Assembly (NCBI RefSeq): GCF_037042905.1
Contig: NC_087252.1
Coordinates: 7,628,001-7,692,000, forward strand
DNA from: Lytechinus pictus
Taxonomy: Eukaryota
Direction of reading: 5' to 3'
Length of the DNA: 64,000 nucleotides
Shown here: positions 38,251 to 50,579 of the stretch, piece by piece
Position numbering within the stretch: the stretch's first letter is position 1
Layout of the letters: each line of letters begins with the position of its first letter
Notes under the pieces: generated by a model
Databases searched by the model: none
What the model was told of the DNA's origin: nothing
Seen by the model: the letters and a program-made list of their open reading frames with translations, nothing else
Made by a program: the position numbers and the translations under genes

Positions 38251-38470
38251 CATGATATATTGAGCTCAACATTGAAAGTCCAGGGCCAGTGTGTGGAGCA
38301 GGGAATGCTCGGAGAGGTTGATCCACTGCAAACTCAGGTTGATGTTGTGAGGTTGGGTGGTATGGTAGATCCATGGGGTAGGGAGCAACATGTTGCTGAT
38401 GTTGCTGAGAATGTCTTTCTTGTTGGTTTCTTTCTGGGCAGTAGAAACCGGTTGGGTAATTACCGTCCAT
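38251..38470 (-). CDS. Paralog B first coding exon
   Basis: MDGNYPTGFYCPERNQQ..., ACCATGG, CATG|gtaac donor; 220 nt as in A. Confidence 0.85.
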
Positions 38471-39336
38471 GGTTCATGGAGCTCTATTGTCATTGGATGA
38501 CGCTGATAACAAAAGAACAAGAAAATAAGTGATTTAATTGAAACACTTTATGTAAGTCATAACCAAAAGCACAAGATATTGTGTGATTTCATTCAGACAG
38601 TGGAAATAAATCTTAACCCAAGAACAAAACTAAAAAATACATCAATGAGTGGCCTGAACTTTTTTTTATAAAGATAACTTATTTGCACCATGAATGGCAT
38701 GACAATCATGTTTGAATGTGTTCATGGTGTTGAAAGGTTTATTATATATCGCCATGAGCTAATCCTAAAAAACATCATTGTTCATGTGTAAATGGTGGCT
38801 CATAATAGGGTGACACGACATTTGCTCTTGAAAAAATTGCTCCAGGCTTTATTTTGTTTAAGATTGCAAAAGGGTTTTATGTTTATGGGCTTAGGGTTAG
38901 GATAGAGTTTAGTGTTACATGTAAATCCAGGGTTGAAGTTGGTCATTCTCTTAATGTGTGAAATTTGCAGCAGAGCAACTGTCGCAAGAGCAAATGTCAT
39001 GGAACCCTTTAATAGAACTGATGATGAGTCAAGTTGGAAACAGGTCCCTGTGCACCATCTGAGAACAGTTATTGCCTGAAGTGTCAACGTAACATCGTTG
39101 TTCCTTTTGCGAAATCGTTACTGGTGACATATGGCCAGCCATATAGCCGCTCTCAGCTAGCTCCGCCCCTTGCGCAAGAGATTCCTTAAGAAAAATGACC
39201 CCTTTCCACTATGTTTGTTTTCATATTATCCATCCACACACAATACAAGTGTGATTCTGACCTTGGTGAGAAAACTTTGGTTGGAGAAAACTTGTCTTGT
39301 TGTTTCAGGAAGACTTCCTAGTGAATGAAAAGCAAG

Positions 39337-39576
39337 TTTTATACAACCTCCAAGAATGTTCTATTATCTGATTGATCCGAATCGGATCACATGATATTTT
39401 GCGAATTGCACTATGGCATCCAAAATGCACTATCCTGCACTCTGACGTCATACCAAATGCACTGTCCTGCACTCTGACGTCAGAGTGCAGGATAGTGCGA
39501 GGTCTGGAACTAACTAGAATTTAGATCAAATATAGCATTCCGGGCAACTCATTAACATGGGGAGGGGGTTGTATAA
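39337..39576. mobile_element. Palindromic MITE-like element
   Basis: TTTTATACAACCTCC / GGGGGTTGTATAAAA ends; central hairpin CCTGCACTCTGACGTCAGAGTGCAGG. Confidence 0.5.
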
Positions 39577-40631
39577 AAACAAACAATGCACGCATTCTTG
39601 AGCATAGAGGACCTAAATAATGAACTCTGTTCTCGACTCGCCAATTGGATATTGGTGCGGTATATCCATTGGCTCTAATCTCACATCATTCATTATTTGG
39701 CCCTGCATGCACGCACTTACGTGCATTATTTGTATATTGTTGAATAAAGGGACAAGGCGATTCTTACAAATGATGTAAGCATTTCATATACGAGTTTTAA
39801 AGGACAACTCACCAGTAGAGCTACTGCAGGAATACGGCTCCCCTGATACGACCATGGTCCTTTCCATAATGTTGTGGGGAGCATAGGACGGTGGATGATG
39901 GCATTAACTTGTAGCTGGGATTATACTACCCCACTACACTGCCTCCACTCTATTCTTTTAGACCGGGGGGACCTCTGAGCATACCCCTCCCCCCCCCCTC
40001 CCCCCCCAAAAAAAAAAAACAACAGGCACTCTTACTAGGAAAACCAGCCCACAGATGCACCAATTAAGAACGAAACTACCCAGGAACAGAAAGTTCTTGG
40101 AAAAAAAAAGGTTCCAAAGATCCCCTGAAAAAAAATCTGCAATAACCATAATTGGACATATACTATATAGGGACCAAAAATCAGGTGCATGAAATAATGT
40201 CCCTTCAATCTAAATCCTAAGACCATTCCCAATCTGAAGATCATTCCTTACCCTTCTAAAGTTAATCAATAGACAAGCAGCGCTTATTTCAGGAAATGTG
40301 AGACGAATAGAACCCAAAATGGTTGCTCATTTCTCTTTTTTTATGTATGAAAGAAACCTGAAAACAGCCTTAACAAAATTATTTTGTAAAATCCATCACC
40401 AACAAACTAAAAGCCTGTCAGTAAATTAAAAAAGACTCAAAAGACCAAGAGAGTCTGTCCAATTTCAAAACGAATCAATGAAAATATCAATAAATTGGAA
40501 ATAAAAATTGGGCACCCTGTGGATACCAAACTCAAAACACAAATTTTAGATATTGTGCCAGAAACAAATTTAAAGTTGGTCATAGTTCCTTGATATTCTT
40601 AAAAGACCCTTTAATACTCTAAGGAAAAATT

Positions 40632-41545
40632 AAATTGCCCAACATCCAACACAGATGTAAAAGGTCAAACAATCCGTGGGGAAATTTACCAAAAAAAGGG
40701 GACACATGTGTCGCCATCTGACCTGAATGATAACCAGTATCGAAATTCATTTTTAGATCCAGCACTGGTGTCAAGGTTCCACATGTTAGGAACCCATCTG
40801 ACAGGTTTGGCCAAAGGCGGTGTGATGACACCGCGCTCGGCTGAAAAATTGCCCAACATCCCACACAGATGTAAAAGCTCAAACAATCCGTGGGGAAAGG
40901 GACCATAAAAGGAACACATGTGTCGCTATCTGACCTGAATTATATCCAGTATTGAAATTCATTTTTGTTCCAGCACTGGTGTCAAGGTTACAAAGGTTAG
41001 GAACCCATCTTCCAGGCTTGGCCAAACGCGGTGTGACGACACCGCCCTAGGCTGAAAAATTGCCCAACATCCCACACAGATGTAAAAGGTCTTACAATCC
41101 GTGGGGAAAGGGACCATAAAAGGAACACATGTGTCGCTATCTGACCTGAATGATAACCAGTATCGAAATTCATTTTTAGATCCAGCACTGGTGTCAAGGT
41201 TCCACATGTTAGGAACCCATCTGACAGGTTTGGCCAAAGGCGGTGTGATGACACCGCCCTAGGCTGAAAAATTGCCCAACATCCCACACAGATGTAAAAG
41301 CTCAAACAATCCGTGGGGAAAGGGACCATAAAAGGAACACATGTGTCGCTATCAGACCTGAATTATATCCAGTATTGAAATTCATTTTTGTTCCAGCACT
41401 GGTGTCAAGGTTACAAAGGTTAGGAACCCATCTTCCAGGCTTGGCCAAACGCGGTGTGACGACACCGCCCTAGGCTGAAAAATTGCCCAACATCCCACAC
41501 AGATGTAAAAGGTCTTACAATCCGTGGGGAAAGGGACCGTAAAAA
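40632..41545. repeat. Tandem repeat, ~212-bp unit, ~4.3 copies, A-B-A-B dimeric structure
   Basis: AAATTGCCCAACATCC at 40632, 40846, 41057, 41269 and 41480. Confidence 0.93.
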
Positions 41546-42054
41546 GAAAGCATGAAGCTTATGAGTTGATCCTGGGGATGATTTCTATAATAGCTTGTAT
41601 TGATTATTGTGTATGATTAATCACAGAAATTAACCTCAGGATCAATAGCTAAAGTTTCATTTACAGGGCAAAGGCCCAAGAATTATCTCTAGAACCCTGC
41701 TTAAGGGAAGTTTGGTCAAGGGGTTGATTGTCAACTCCCCAGTGCTTCCCCAGAAGTTGGGTCCGAGGTAGGTACTCCCTCTTCTACATACACCTCAATG
41801 GAAGTTTTCTGCCTAATGATCTTGGTCAGAATCCCTCAAGACCACCGACAAATGTAATCTATGGGAAGAGACCCTGGTAATGGCATCCTCCTGATACAGC
41901 AGGGGAACAGGAACTATCACCCAGCTCCATCTCCTAACAACCCTGGTACTGTAAGGCTTTGACGATTCTGCATCTTGCCAGAAGACAGGCGGGAAACTCT
42001 CACCCTGCCCCACTTCTAACTGAACTGGCCTGTCGTCACAAGGTCCGGGGTGTT

Positions 42055-43300
42055 CCCCTGCAGAGGATGATGGGCGAGAAAGGTTACTCTGCCCTATCAC
42101 CATACCAAAGAGGTCCAACGCTTGCCCACCAAGTGCCTTTCATCCATTTCTTCTGGCGTTGGGTTCCTCTACTGATGAGGTTAATAGGCGAGAACAGTTA
42201 CCCGGCCATTCACCCTATCAAGGAGGTCCAACAACGCTTGCTCACCAAGTGCCTTTCATCCATTTCTTCTGGCGTTGGGTTCCTCTACTGATGAGGTTAA
42301 TAGGCGAGAACAGTTACCCGGCCATTCACCCTATCAAGGAGGTCCAACAACGCTTGCTCACCAAGTGCCTTTCATCCATTTTTTCTGGCGTTGGGTTCCT
42401 CTATTGATGAGGTTAATAGGCAAGAATAGTTACCCGGCCATTCACCCCATCAAGGAGGTCCAACAACGTTTGCTCACCAAGTGCTTTTCATCCATTTCTT
42501 CTGGCGTTGGGTTCCTCTACTGATGAGGTTAATAGGCGAGAACAGTTACCCGGCCATTCACCCTATCAAGGAGGTCCAACAACGCTTGCTCACCAAGTGC
42601 CTTTCATCCATTTCTTCTGGCGTTGGGTTCCTCTATTGATGAGGTTAATAGGCGAGAATAATTACCCGGCCATTCACCCTATCAAGGAGGTCCAACAACG
42701 TTTGCTCACCAAGTGCTTTTCATCCATTTCCTCTGGCGTTGGGTTCCTCTACTGATGAGGTTAATTGGCGAGAACAGTTGCCCGGCCATTCACCCTATCA
42801 AGGAGGTCCAACAACGCTTGCTCACGAGTGCTTTTCATCCATTTCTTCTGGCGTTGGGCTCCTCTACTGATGAGGTTAATAGGCGAGAACAGTTACCCGG
42901 CCATTCACCCTATCAAGGAGGTCCAACAACGCTTGCTCACCAAGTGCCTTTCATCCATTTCTTCTGGCGTAGGGCTCCTCTACTGATGAGGTTAATAGGC
43001 GAGAACAGTTACCCAGCCATTCACCCTATCAAGGAGGTCCAACAATGCTTGCTCACCAAGTGCCTTTCATCCATTTCTTCTTGCATTGGGTTCCTCTGCT
43101 GATGAGGTTAATAGGCAAGAACAGTTACCAGCCATTCACCCTACCAAAGAGGTCAAACGCTTGGTCACGAAGTGCCTTCCATCCATTTCCTCTGGCGATG
43201 GCTTCATCTTCTGATGAGGTTAATCGGCGATAACAGTTACCCAACCATTTACCCTGCCAGCGAGGTCCAATGCTCCTTATCTAAGTGCTTTCCATCGATT
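42055..43300. repeat. Tandem repeat, ~116-bp unit, ~10-11 copies
   Basis: GATGAGGTTAATAGGCGAGAACAGTTACCCGGCCATTCACCCTATCAAGG recurs every 115-116 bp; terminal copies are more diverged. Confidence 0.95.
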
Positions 43301-43985
43301 TCCTATAGGACTATTAACTGATCCCAGTAACGTAATGCTCAGTAATTGATCTTGGAGGTTGATTTCTATGATTGACTGCAATGATTATTATGTATGATCA
43401 ATTAGAGATAATAGCCATATGATCAATCACAAAGCTCCATATTACTAGGCCAAGACCCTGTAGATATATGGTCGAAGGCAAAACATTTTCAAGGGGGGTA
43501 CCAAAATGGTCAAAATTTTAAAAGAAACTCGAAAGCGAGGGAGAGAAGTGACTGAGCTTATCATGGGGGGGGGGCTTTTGCATTTTCTTAAGTGAAATCG
43601 TGCAGGGTGGACTTTGATAAAATTTTCAGTTAAATAAAAAAACAAGATTGCTGCGTACAGCCATGGATGGTTGCCAACTCCCCTGTGCTTCCCCTAGTTG
43701 TTTGGTGTGAGATAGGTACCCCATTCTCCAAGTCCATGGGAGTTTCCATCTGATGATCTAGCAAAGAATCCCTGAAGACCACTTACAGATGTTAACACTC
43801 TTATGATCTGTGGGGAGGGACCCTAATCCTAGTATCCTCGAGAATACAGTGGGAGATTTTTTTTTTTTTTTTTTTTTGGGGGGGGGGATGGATGACCTCT
43901 GCACCACATGACTTCTTGGGCTGGTGGGGGGGGGGGGAGGGAAGATGGCCTCTGCACCGTAAAAATTCTTGGGCTGATGGGAATC

Positions 43986-44423
43986 TTAATTCTGCCTACT
44001 CTTGGTCTTGTATTTGGATCTCCTAGGTGCAGGTATCTCATCATCAGGGTGCCAATGCTGCAGATCCCTGACTATTGGGCGGTGCCATCTCTGCGCACCG
44101 TACTCCGGCACATTACGAGTTCTGTCGACATTTGGAATGTGCTCCATTATCCACTCATGTTTAAGAAACGTCGAACGGAGGATATAATATTGAAGGCACG
44201 TAATCCACCTCCAATCACTCTGCTCGAATGCGATTTCATACTGCCCTTCGACAATAACTTCAAACTCACTCCTCGAAACTTCGTAATCAGTCGTAACCAA
44301 GTAGTAGGGGTGTACTAGGTTGCCTAAATATGTGGCTTCTATGACTCTTCCATGAGCTGGGTAAATAAAATCATTATGTACAAGGCCCCTTACTGATTCT
44401 GACTGACGATATCTTAGTGCCAT
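43986..44423 (-). CDS. Hypothetical ~145-aa protein of an unknown family (may be a pseudogene remnant)
   Basis: tttcag|ATCGAAATCATGG acceptor plus Kozak; protein-like composition; PYY...SRxEFE shared with the 46777-47118 frame. Confidence 0.4.
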   Translation of the reverse strand: MALRYRQSESVRGLVHNDFIYPAHGRVIEATYLGNLVHPYYLVTTDYEVSRSEFEVIVEGQYEIAFEQSDWRWITCLQYYILRSTFLKHEWIMEHIPNVDRTRNVPEYGAQRWHRPIVRDLQHWHPDDEIPAPRRSKYKTKSRQN

Positions 44424-44718
44424 GATTTCGATCTGAAAAGGAAACAAAGACCAAAACATTGATTAGATGACTCTTCCATGAGCTGGGTAAATAAAATCAT
44501 TATGTACAAGGCCCCTTACTGATTCTGACTGACGATATCTTAGTGCCATGATTTCGATCTGAAAAGGAAACAAAGACCAAAACATTGATTAGATGACTCT
44601 TCCATGAGCTGGGTAAATAAAATCATTATGTACAAGGCCCCTTACTGATTCTGACTGACGATATCTTAGTGCCATGATTTCGATCTGAAAAGGAAACAAA
44701 GACCAAAACATTGATTAG
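44341..44718. repeat. Perfect 126-bp tandem triplication
   Basis: ATGACTCTTCCATGAGC at 44341, 44467 and 44593; units identical by eye. Confidence 0.95.
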
Positions 44719-46069
44719 ATTCTAGGGCCAGTATTCTGAAGTCGGATTTAATTTAAGTTGTGGTTTAACTATGGAAGGCCAGTTGTTACATAAATCTCTA
44801 ACAAGTAAAGGTTCAATGTATCAGCTCACTTGACTCCCAAAACATTACTAACTGCCTGGGAAGGATAAGTATGACAATTGCTTTCACCATTAAAGAATTA
44901 GTAAAGAGCACAGTAAACATGAGAAGCATTTACTGTAAACAAATTTTGAAACATTTGGCTTCCCATAATCTTAGCACAGAGTTAGACCATGGTTAAGTTA
45001 AACCTGACTTCAGAATACAGGCCTAGTATAGGAATACCTCTCTGATGGTATTAAACGTCAATTGATTGTATTCAATTTCTTTTGTTTGCTTCCCCCTTTT
45101 TTTGTTTCATCTTGTTTTTTGTTTTTTTACTTTCTTGTTTGGTGATAATTGTGGCCAAATAAGTCTCTAAATTCTTACTATGTCAATTAAATTTTCGTCA
45201 AATTACTTTTAAAGGGGAAATATCTTTATAAACTCAACATTGGGGTTTTTATAACTTCCCTATTTCCTTGTTTAAAGGTAAACTCATTATTTATGTATAT
45301 TTATGTAAAAGATTTAAAAAGAAAGAAATTAAATGAGGCTTACATTTGCTAGATTGTTATGTATTCTTATGAATTATCATAATAAGATTTTTAATTGGAA
45401 ATAAATGAATTGAACTGAACTTGAGGACCATCCAAGAAAAAGATTGCATAATGGAGATGAAATGCACTTATGTAGATTCACAGAAACACAACCATCGCAC
45501 CAGTCAGAAGACAGAAATATGAAACAGCTCCTGGAATATAGAGAGAGTGTTCAATGCACAGCCTGACAGAACAAAAGATGGTGAAGATGTTAATGTTAAA
45601 ACCTCAAACAAATCTCAGACAAAAGTAATCTTCATCTGCCTCCTCTGTAATTTCACTCTCTTCTCTGACACGCCGACATTCGAACCGAAAATACACAAAT
45701 CAGACGATCAGATAATTTGGGAATTACACTAAAGGATAAATAGGCTTAAAAAGTGGGTATTAGTCTTGGTGTGCATACATCCAACACCATTTGGACATAA
45801 TTCATAGCTTCTGTTTAGAGGTATTCTTAGAAATAATTGATGTTTTGTTCTCCAAAGATATGCTGGATGCAGGGATCCCTGATCTGTGTTCCAATACACC
45901 AGATCCAAGACTCATGGGCAGACCCATCCTTCGAGACCATTCTCCAGAACAATACGAGTATTAGGAACCAACTGTATTATCCACTTTTGTGAAATGAATA
46001 TCAAACTGGTAATTGATAGACCAAAAGAGTTAAGACCATTGTGTCATTGATAACTTCAGAAGTCTACTC

Positions 46070-47097
46070 TTAAACCAAGTGAATGCAAACCCTAGTGATA
46101 GGCTCCTCCATAGCCTCTGGTTCCTCCTCTGGTTTACTGGCTACTGCAGGGAGCTCTTGTGCCCCAGGTTCGTGACCCAACTCTAGCACACGTGCTTGGT
46201 CCCTGGGACTGAGTCTTCCAAAGAGGAAGCCAAGTATCCTCCACTGAATGAGGGCTCCGCTGCTCCGGAACTCAGTGGCCGTAGGCTTATAGGTATCAGA
46301 CACCCCCAACCCCTATTTCTAGCTAAGGCGACAATATCCACCTGCCCCCTTGGAGTGACTTCTCCGGTCAGTCTCGTTCGCTCCTGATCCACATATTGGC
46401 AGAGAGTGTCCAGAGACCTAGTGCCAGTCAAGCACTTTGCTATTTCCTCCAGACATTCAACCTGCACATCACTGAGGAAAGGACGAGGGTACTCATCAGT
46501 TGGGAACTCTTGGAAGCACTGTGGCAAGTGCAAATAAACATGCCACTTTAGCTTCCCCACTGCTTGCCCACAGCCTGGAATCAAGCAACTCCGCTTACTA
46601 CCCTTTTACCATCCATGACTGGGACATCTTCAGCGCTGGAAAAAAGCCCACCTACATGTAGGGCATTTCCTCCACTTGCGATTCCCTGGAGATGACCATA
46701 CTGCCAGGATACTCCCTTTTTCGAGACTTCTTCCCGGTCTTCTCTAGCCCCTGATCCTGGCATTCTCCAGGTACAGTCAGGGGCAAGAACAATTACCCAG
46801 CTCCCCTCCTGGTGAAGCCGATGCCGCAGGTGGCCTGGAATGATAATCCAGCTCACCTACCGACAGCCCCTGTATTGGCATGCTTTGACGCTTCTGCGTC
46901 TTGCCAGAAGATTGACATTCAAATTCCATCCTTGAATACTTCCATGTCCATCGAACAAAACTAGCTTTGGTGTAATAAGGTGTCTGAATCCTTTGCTTCC
47001 CAAACCTTTCTAACAGCGTGACCCCCTTCATTTTCTTTGGGGTAGCTTTTCCTTGATTGTGAGTTTGAACAATCCTTCTGTGCCATGATTTTGATTC
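46070..47097 (-). pseudogene. Frameshifted remnant of an unknown gene with a degenerate C2H2-like motif
   Basis: Four abutting minus-strand ORFs in changing frames (IPGCGQAVGKLKWHVYLHLPQCF; GALIQWRILGFLFGRLSP); acceptor plus ATG homologous to 44423. Confidence 0.5.
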
Positions 47098-47253
47098 TAA
47101 AAAGGAAATAGATAACAAAACATCAATGAGATTCTAAGAATACCTTTCCAATCATATTCAACTCGAGGACCATACACAACGAAGATAAAGATTGCATATA
47201 TTGTCGATGTAATGCACTCAAGTAGATGAACAGAAAAACGTCCATGACACCAG

Positions 47254-48253
47254 GGGCCCGTTTCTCAACACCGTCATAAGTCTAACTTCTTGACTAAATC
47301 AGAGATAGTGAGCTACTTGTCCGCTAACCGTTTCACGAAGCCCTCTTTACCAAGATCGGGTACAACAACCTCACTAAATATTTATGACACCTCCGAACCT
47401 GTCATAACTTCTTTCTTAATGACGTAGTGGCATCACGTGGGTAGACTGTGACATGCAAAAGTGCCTAGAAATTTTGCAATCTTACGTAATCAATCATAGA
47501 GGTTGAAATTACATCACAAAACAAGTGGGTTAATGCATTCAATGATAATTGTAATACAATGAAACTATAAAAACTGTTGGTAAGACGCCACAAAACCATT
47601 CATTTTGAAATAGTAAAATGATTTAATCGATAAAGATTCTACCACGTCAGGCCATCCATAACTGAACTCATATTTGTTGTTTTCAGACCCCTTTCAGACA
47701 GTTGGATAAATTCTATCTCTAATTCATGCATACAATTTGTCAAATATCGTATGTTTCGGTATCAATGATTAAAAATGTTTCATTGAACTACATTTTGATG
47801 ACGTTTGGAATCGTAAAAGACCGTATAATTATCATCATTTTACAAAGAAAACCGTTATGGTTTACTTTCGTAAACTATCAAAATTGGATATCCCGGGGAT
47901 ACCCATCTCAACGTCCACAAGTGATTTTTTAGTCATGAAATTAATGATTCATAATTTAATTTTCTCTGTAATTGAATGCTCCAGTCTTCATGGTCTAAGT
48001 ATGTATGATGCATAATTCACCTGTGCTATTATTTTGAAAAGATTTATTTCCCAATTCATCACAATATTTGCAATTTTGTCATAATTTTTCTTTTTGAAAA
48101 TTATGCTATTTTACCGATTCTACCGATAGTATCGATATCAAGGTATTCTAGTTAGGAAGCCTTTCGAGAAACAGGTTTAGTAAGATTGGAACTAACTCCG
48201 TGGTTGGTGGATAAAGATATGACTAACTTGTCCATGTGTTGAGAAACGGGCCC
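47254..48253. mobile_element. 1-kb Harbinger-like non-autonomous element
   Basis: TIR GGGCCCGTTTCTCAACAC / GTGTTGAGAAACGGGCCC; TSD CAG; paralogous empty site near 45500. Confidence 0.85.
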
Positions 48254-49042
48254 CAGTAAGACACAGAATATGAAATAGCTCCTGGACAGGTTGAAACAGT
48301 CTTCGATATTGCGGAAAAATGCACAGCCTTATTAAAACTGGCAAGGAAAAAAAAAGAAAGTGCTGGCATTAACGATAAAACCTCTAAAAAATTCCAAAAG
48401 TAATCCTCGTCTGCCTCCTCCATACTTATACCCTCTTTCCCCTACTTAAAAACATTGACAATGAAACATCATAAATTTGCAGCCCTACAAGGCTTTCTGC
48501 ATGGGCAATGCACTTTTCCCTGCCTATGCTTCTTCTCACTGCATCTGATCAGGCCTACCAACATTTGACAAGTGGAATGCCTCTGGCAGTCTTGCCTCTT
48601 TTACGTGCTTTGATATAGCAGCAGTGATGGCTTTGAGAATAGCTTTTCAATAATTATACACAAAACGAAACATTCAAACATGATAATAAACTGCTCTCCG
48701 CTAGATCGATGCGACATACAAGTAGTAGGGGAAGGGGTACGTAAGTGGTTGGCTTATAATAAATAGCCGTCTAAGTCATCATATCACTAGAGGGGGATGT
48801 CTAGGGGCAGATATAAGAACACGCACAAATGAGATCGAAGGCTTTCCACAAAATGTGTGAAAACTTTCACAAGTCTTTCAGCGCCTCCAGGATTCTTCAA
48901 TTTCTTCAGTTTTTATTAAATACCATGACTTATGGCGATGATCATGTGACGTAAGACATGTGCAATGCTATCATTCATGCTTAATTGCCCTCATGTCTAT
49001 GATTCATGAACTAGGTCCATAAATTTTCAATAAAAATCCTGA

Positions 49043-49196
49043 CGAGGCACAAACTGGACCCTCAAATAAAGGAAAAGTTTTGTCTCGCCCGTTCTCCATC
49101 TCTCAAAATTGAAACAAAATGGCTGATCGATAATGAGAACGAATGCGACATGGAGGTCTAACTTTTTCGTTTTTTTGAGGGTCCAGTTTGTGCCTC
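49043..49196. mobile_element. Small MITE
   Basis: GAGGCACAAACTGGACCCTCAAA / TTTGAGGGTCCAGTTTGTGCCTC. Confidence 0.7.
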
Positions 49197-49984
49197 GATG
49201 TCAGGATTCTGTGTCACCATAGACCTTCATTTTTTTTTTTTTTTTTTTGGGGGGGGGGTCATTCGAGTGCACTCTGATGCATTTTATCTGGGATGGCGCC
49301 CGGGGATGGTGCCAAGTTATTTCTTATATGGGGGCTAGTTGTCATCAATTTTATCAGGTCGTCTTGCACGGCAAGACGACCCAAAACGGATGTCATTTTA
49401 ATTCTCTGGAGTAATATAGGCCCAAACAAATTTTTTAAATATGTTTTCTTTTATTCTGTACCTTCCTGTCTTTTCCCCACCCCTTTTCCAGTTTTTTTTC
49501 AATTAAACTTGAAATATCGATATGGGTGGCAATCTCTCTGACCCCTCATTAGATAAACAACATCAAAACAAATTTTTAAAAAAAATTATGTATGGTAAAA
49601 AACATGTTTATAACGTTCAGCCCCCCCCCCAAAAAAAAAAACCATGATACAAAAATACGATGTTACATGCTAAATCATTTATTTATTTTTATTTCATTTT
49701 CATTACAATTATTTTCTTTTTTTTGGGGGGGGGGGCTGAGATTTATTTTAATCAATGAAAATTAAGCACTAGATTTGTGCTAAAAGGCTTGAGATCATGA
49801 ATGAAGAAAAAAAAAATCTGCAGTAACAAAATAGCTAATTGATAAGATATAGATTAGGCCTATAGCTTACGAATCCATCACAATCATTACAAATGAAGAT
49901 GAGTTCATTGTACCAATAGAAGATAATGGAAAGTCGGCCCCTATGTCATGCTAAAGCAATAATGTAGTCTCGGCGACTCCTTAA

Positions 49985-50579
49985 AGGAAAATGAAACTCT
50001 TGGAGCAAGTTAGCTTTTGTGAAAGCAGAAAAATCAAAGAATAAGATCAACAAAAGTTTGAGTAAATAGGACTAGCAATAGAACAGTTATGAGCATTTGA
50101 ATGTCGAGATCACTAATGCTATGGAGATCCTCCCATTGGCAATGCGACCAAGATCTATGATGTCACAGATGAACAACTCTCCCCTTTTGGACACTGAAAA
50201 CATACCCCAAAACAACTCTTTTTGCTCATTCTAATCATATGACAATCGATTCATCAATGATATAATGTTGTGAAACCTCTGTACTTGTCCTCTCATAATT
50301 ATAAAGAGAACACCTCACCTTGTGATAGACTCTATAAAAGTGAGAATATAAGTGAAATAAGTACTAAAGTAATGAGGGAGTTGTACGTGTGTGACATCAC
50401 AGATCTTGGTCGCATTGCCAATGGGAAGATCTACATGGCATTAGTGATCTCAATATTCAAATGCTCATAACTTTCTTATTATTCATTCAATCTTCCTCAA
50501 ACTTTCAACAATATGTTTCTTTGATTTTTCTCTTTGATATGGATTCAGCTGGTTTCAAGGCCAAGGGTTTCATTCTCCT
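49985..50579. mobile_element. Kolobok-like MITE, family 1
   Basis: TTAA|AGGAAAATGAAAC...GTTTCATTCTCCT|TTAA. Confidence 0.8.

Noticed and set aside
4843..38470. Assigning the symbol PRDM9
   Set aside because: No KRAB or SSXRD seen, fingers are not minisatellite-like and the PR domain is divergent; orthology cannot be established without a phylogeny
41959..43233. Series of repeating 62-129 aa ORFs; possible CRISPR-like array
   Set aside because: Produced by a 116-bp tandem repeat with no unique spacers; eukaryotic context and no cas genes
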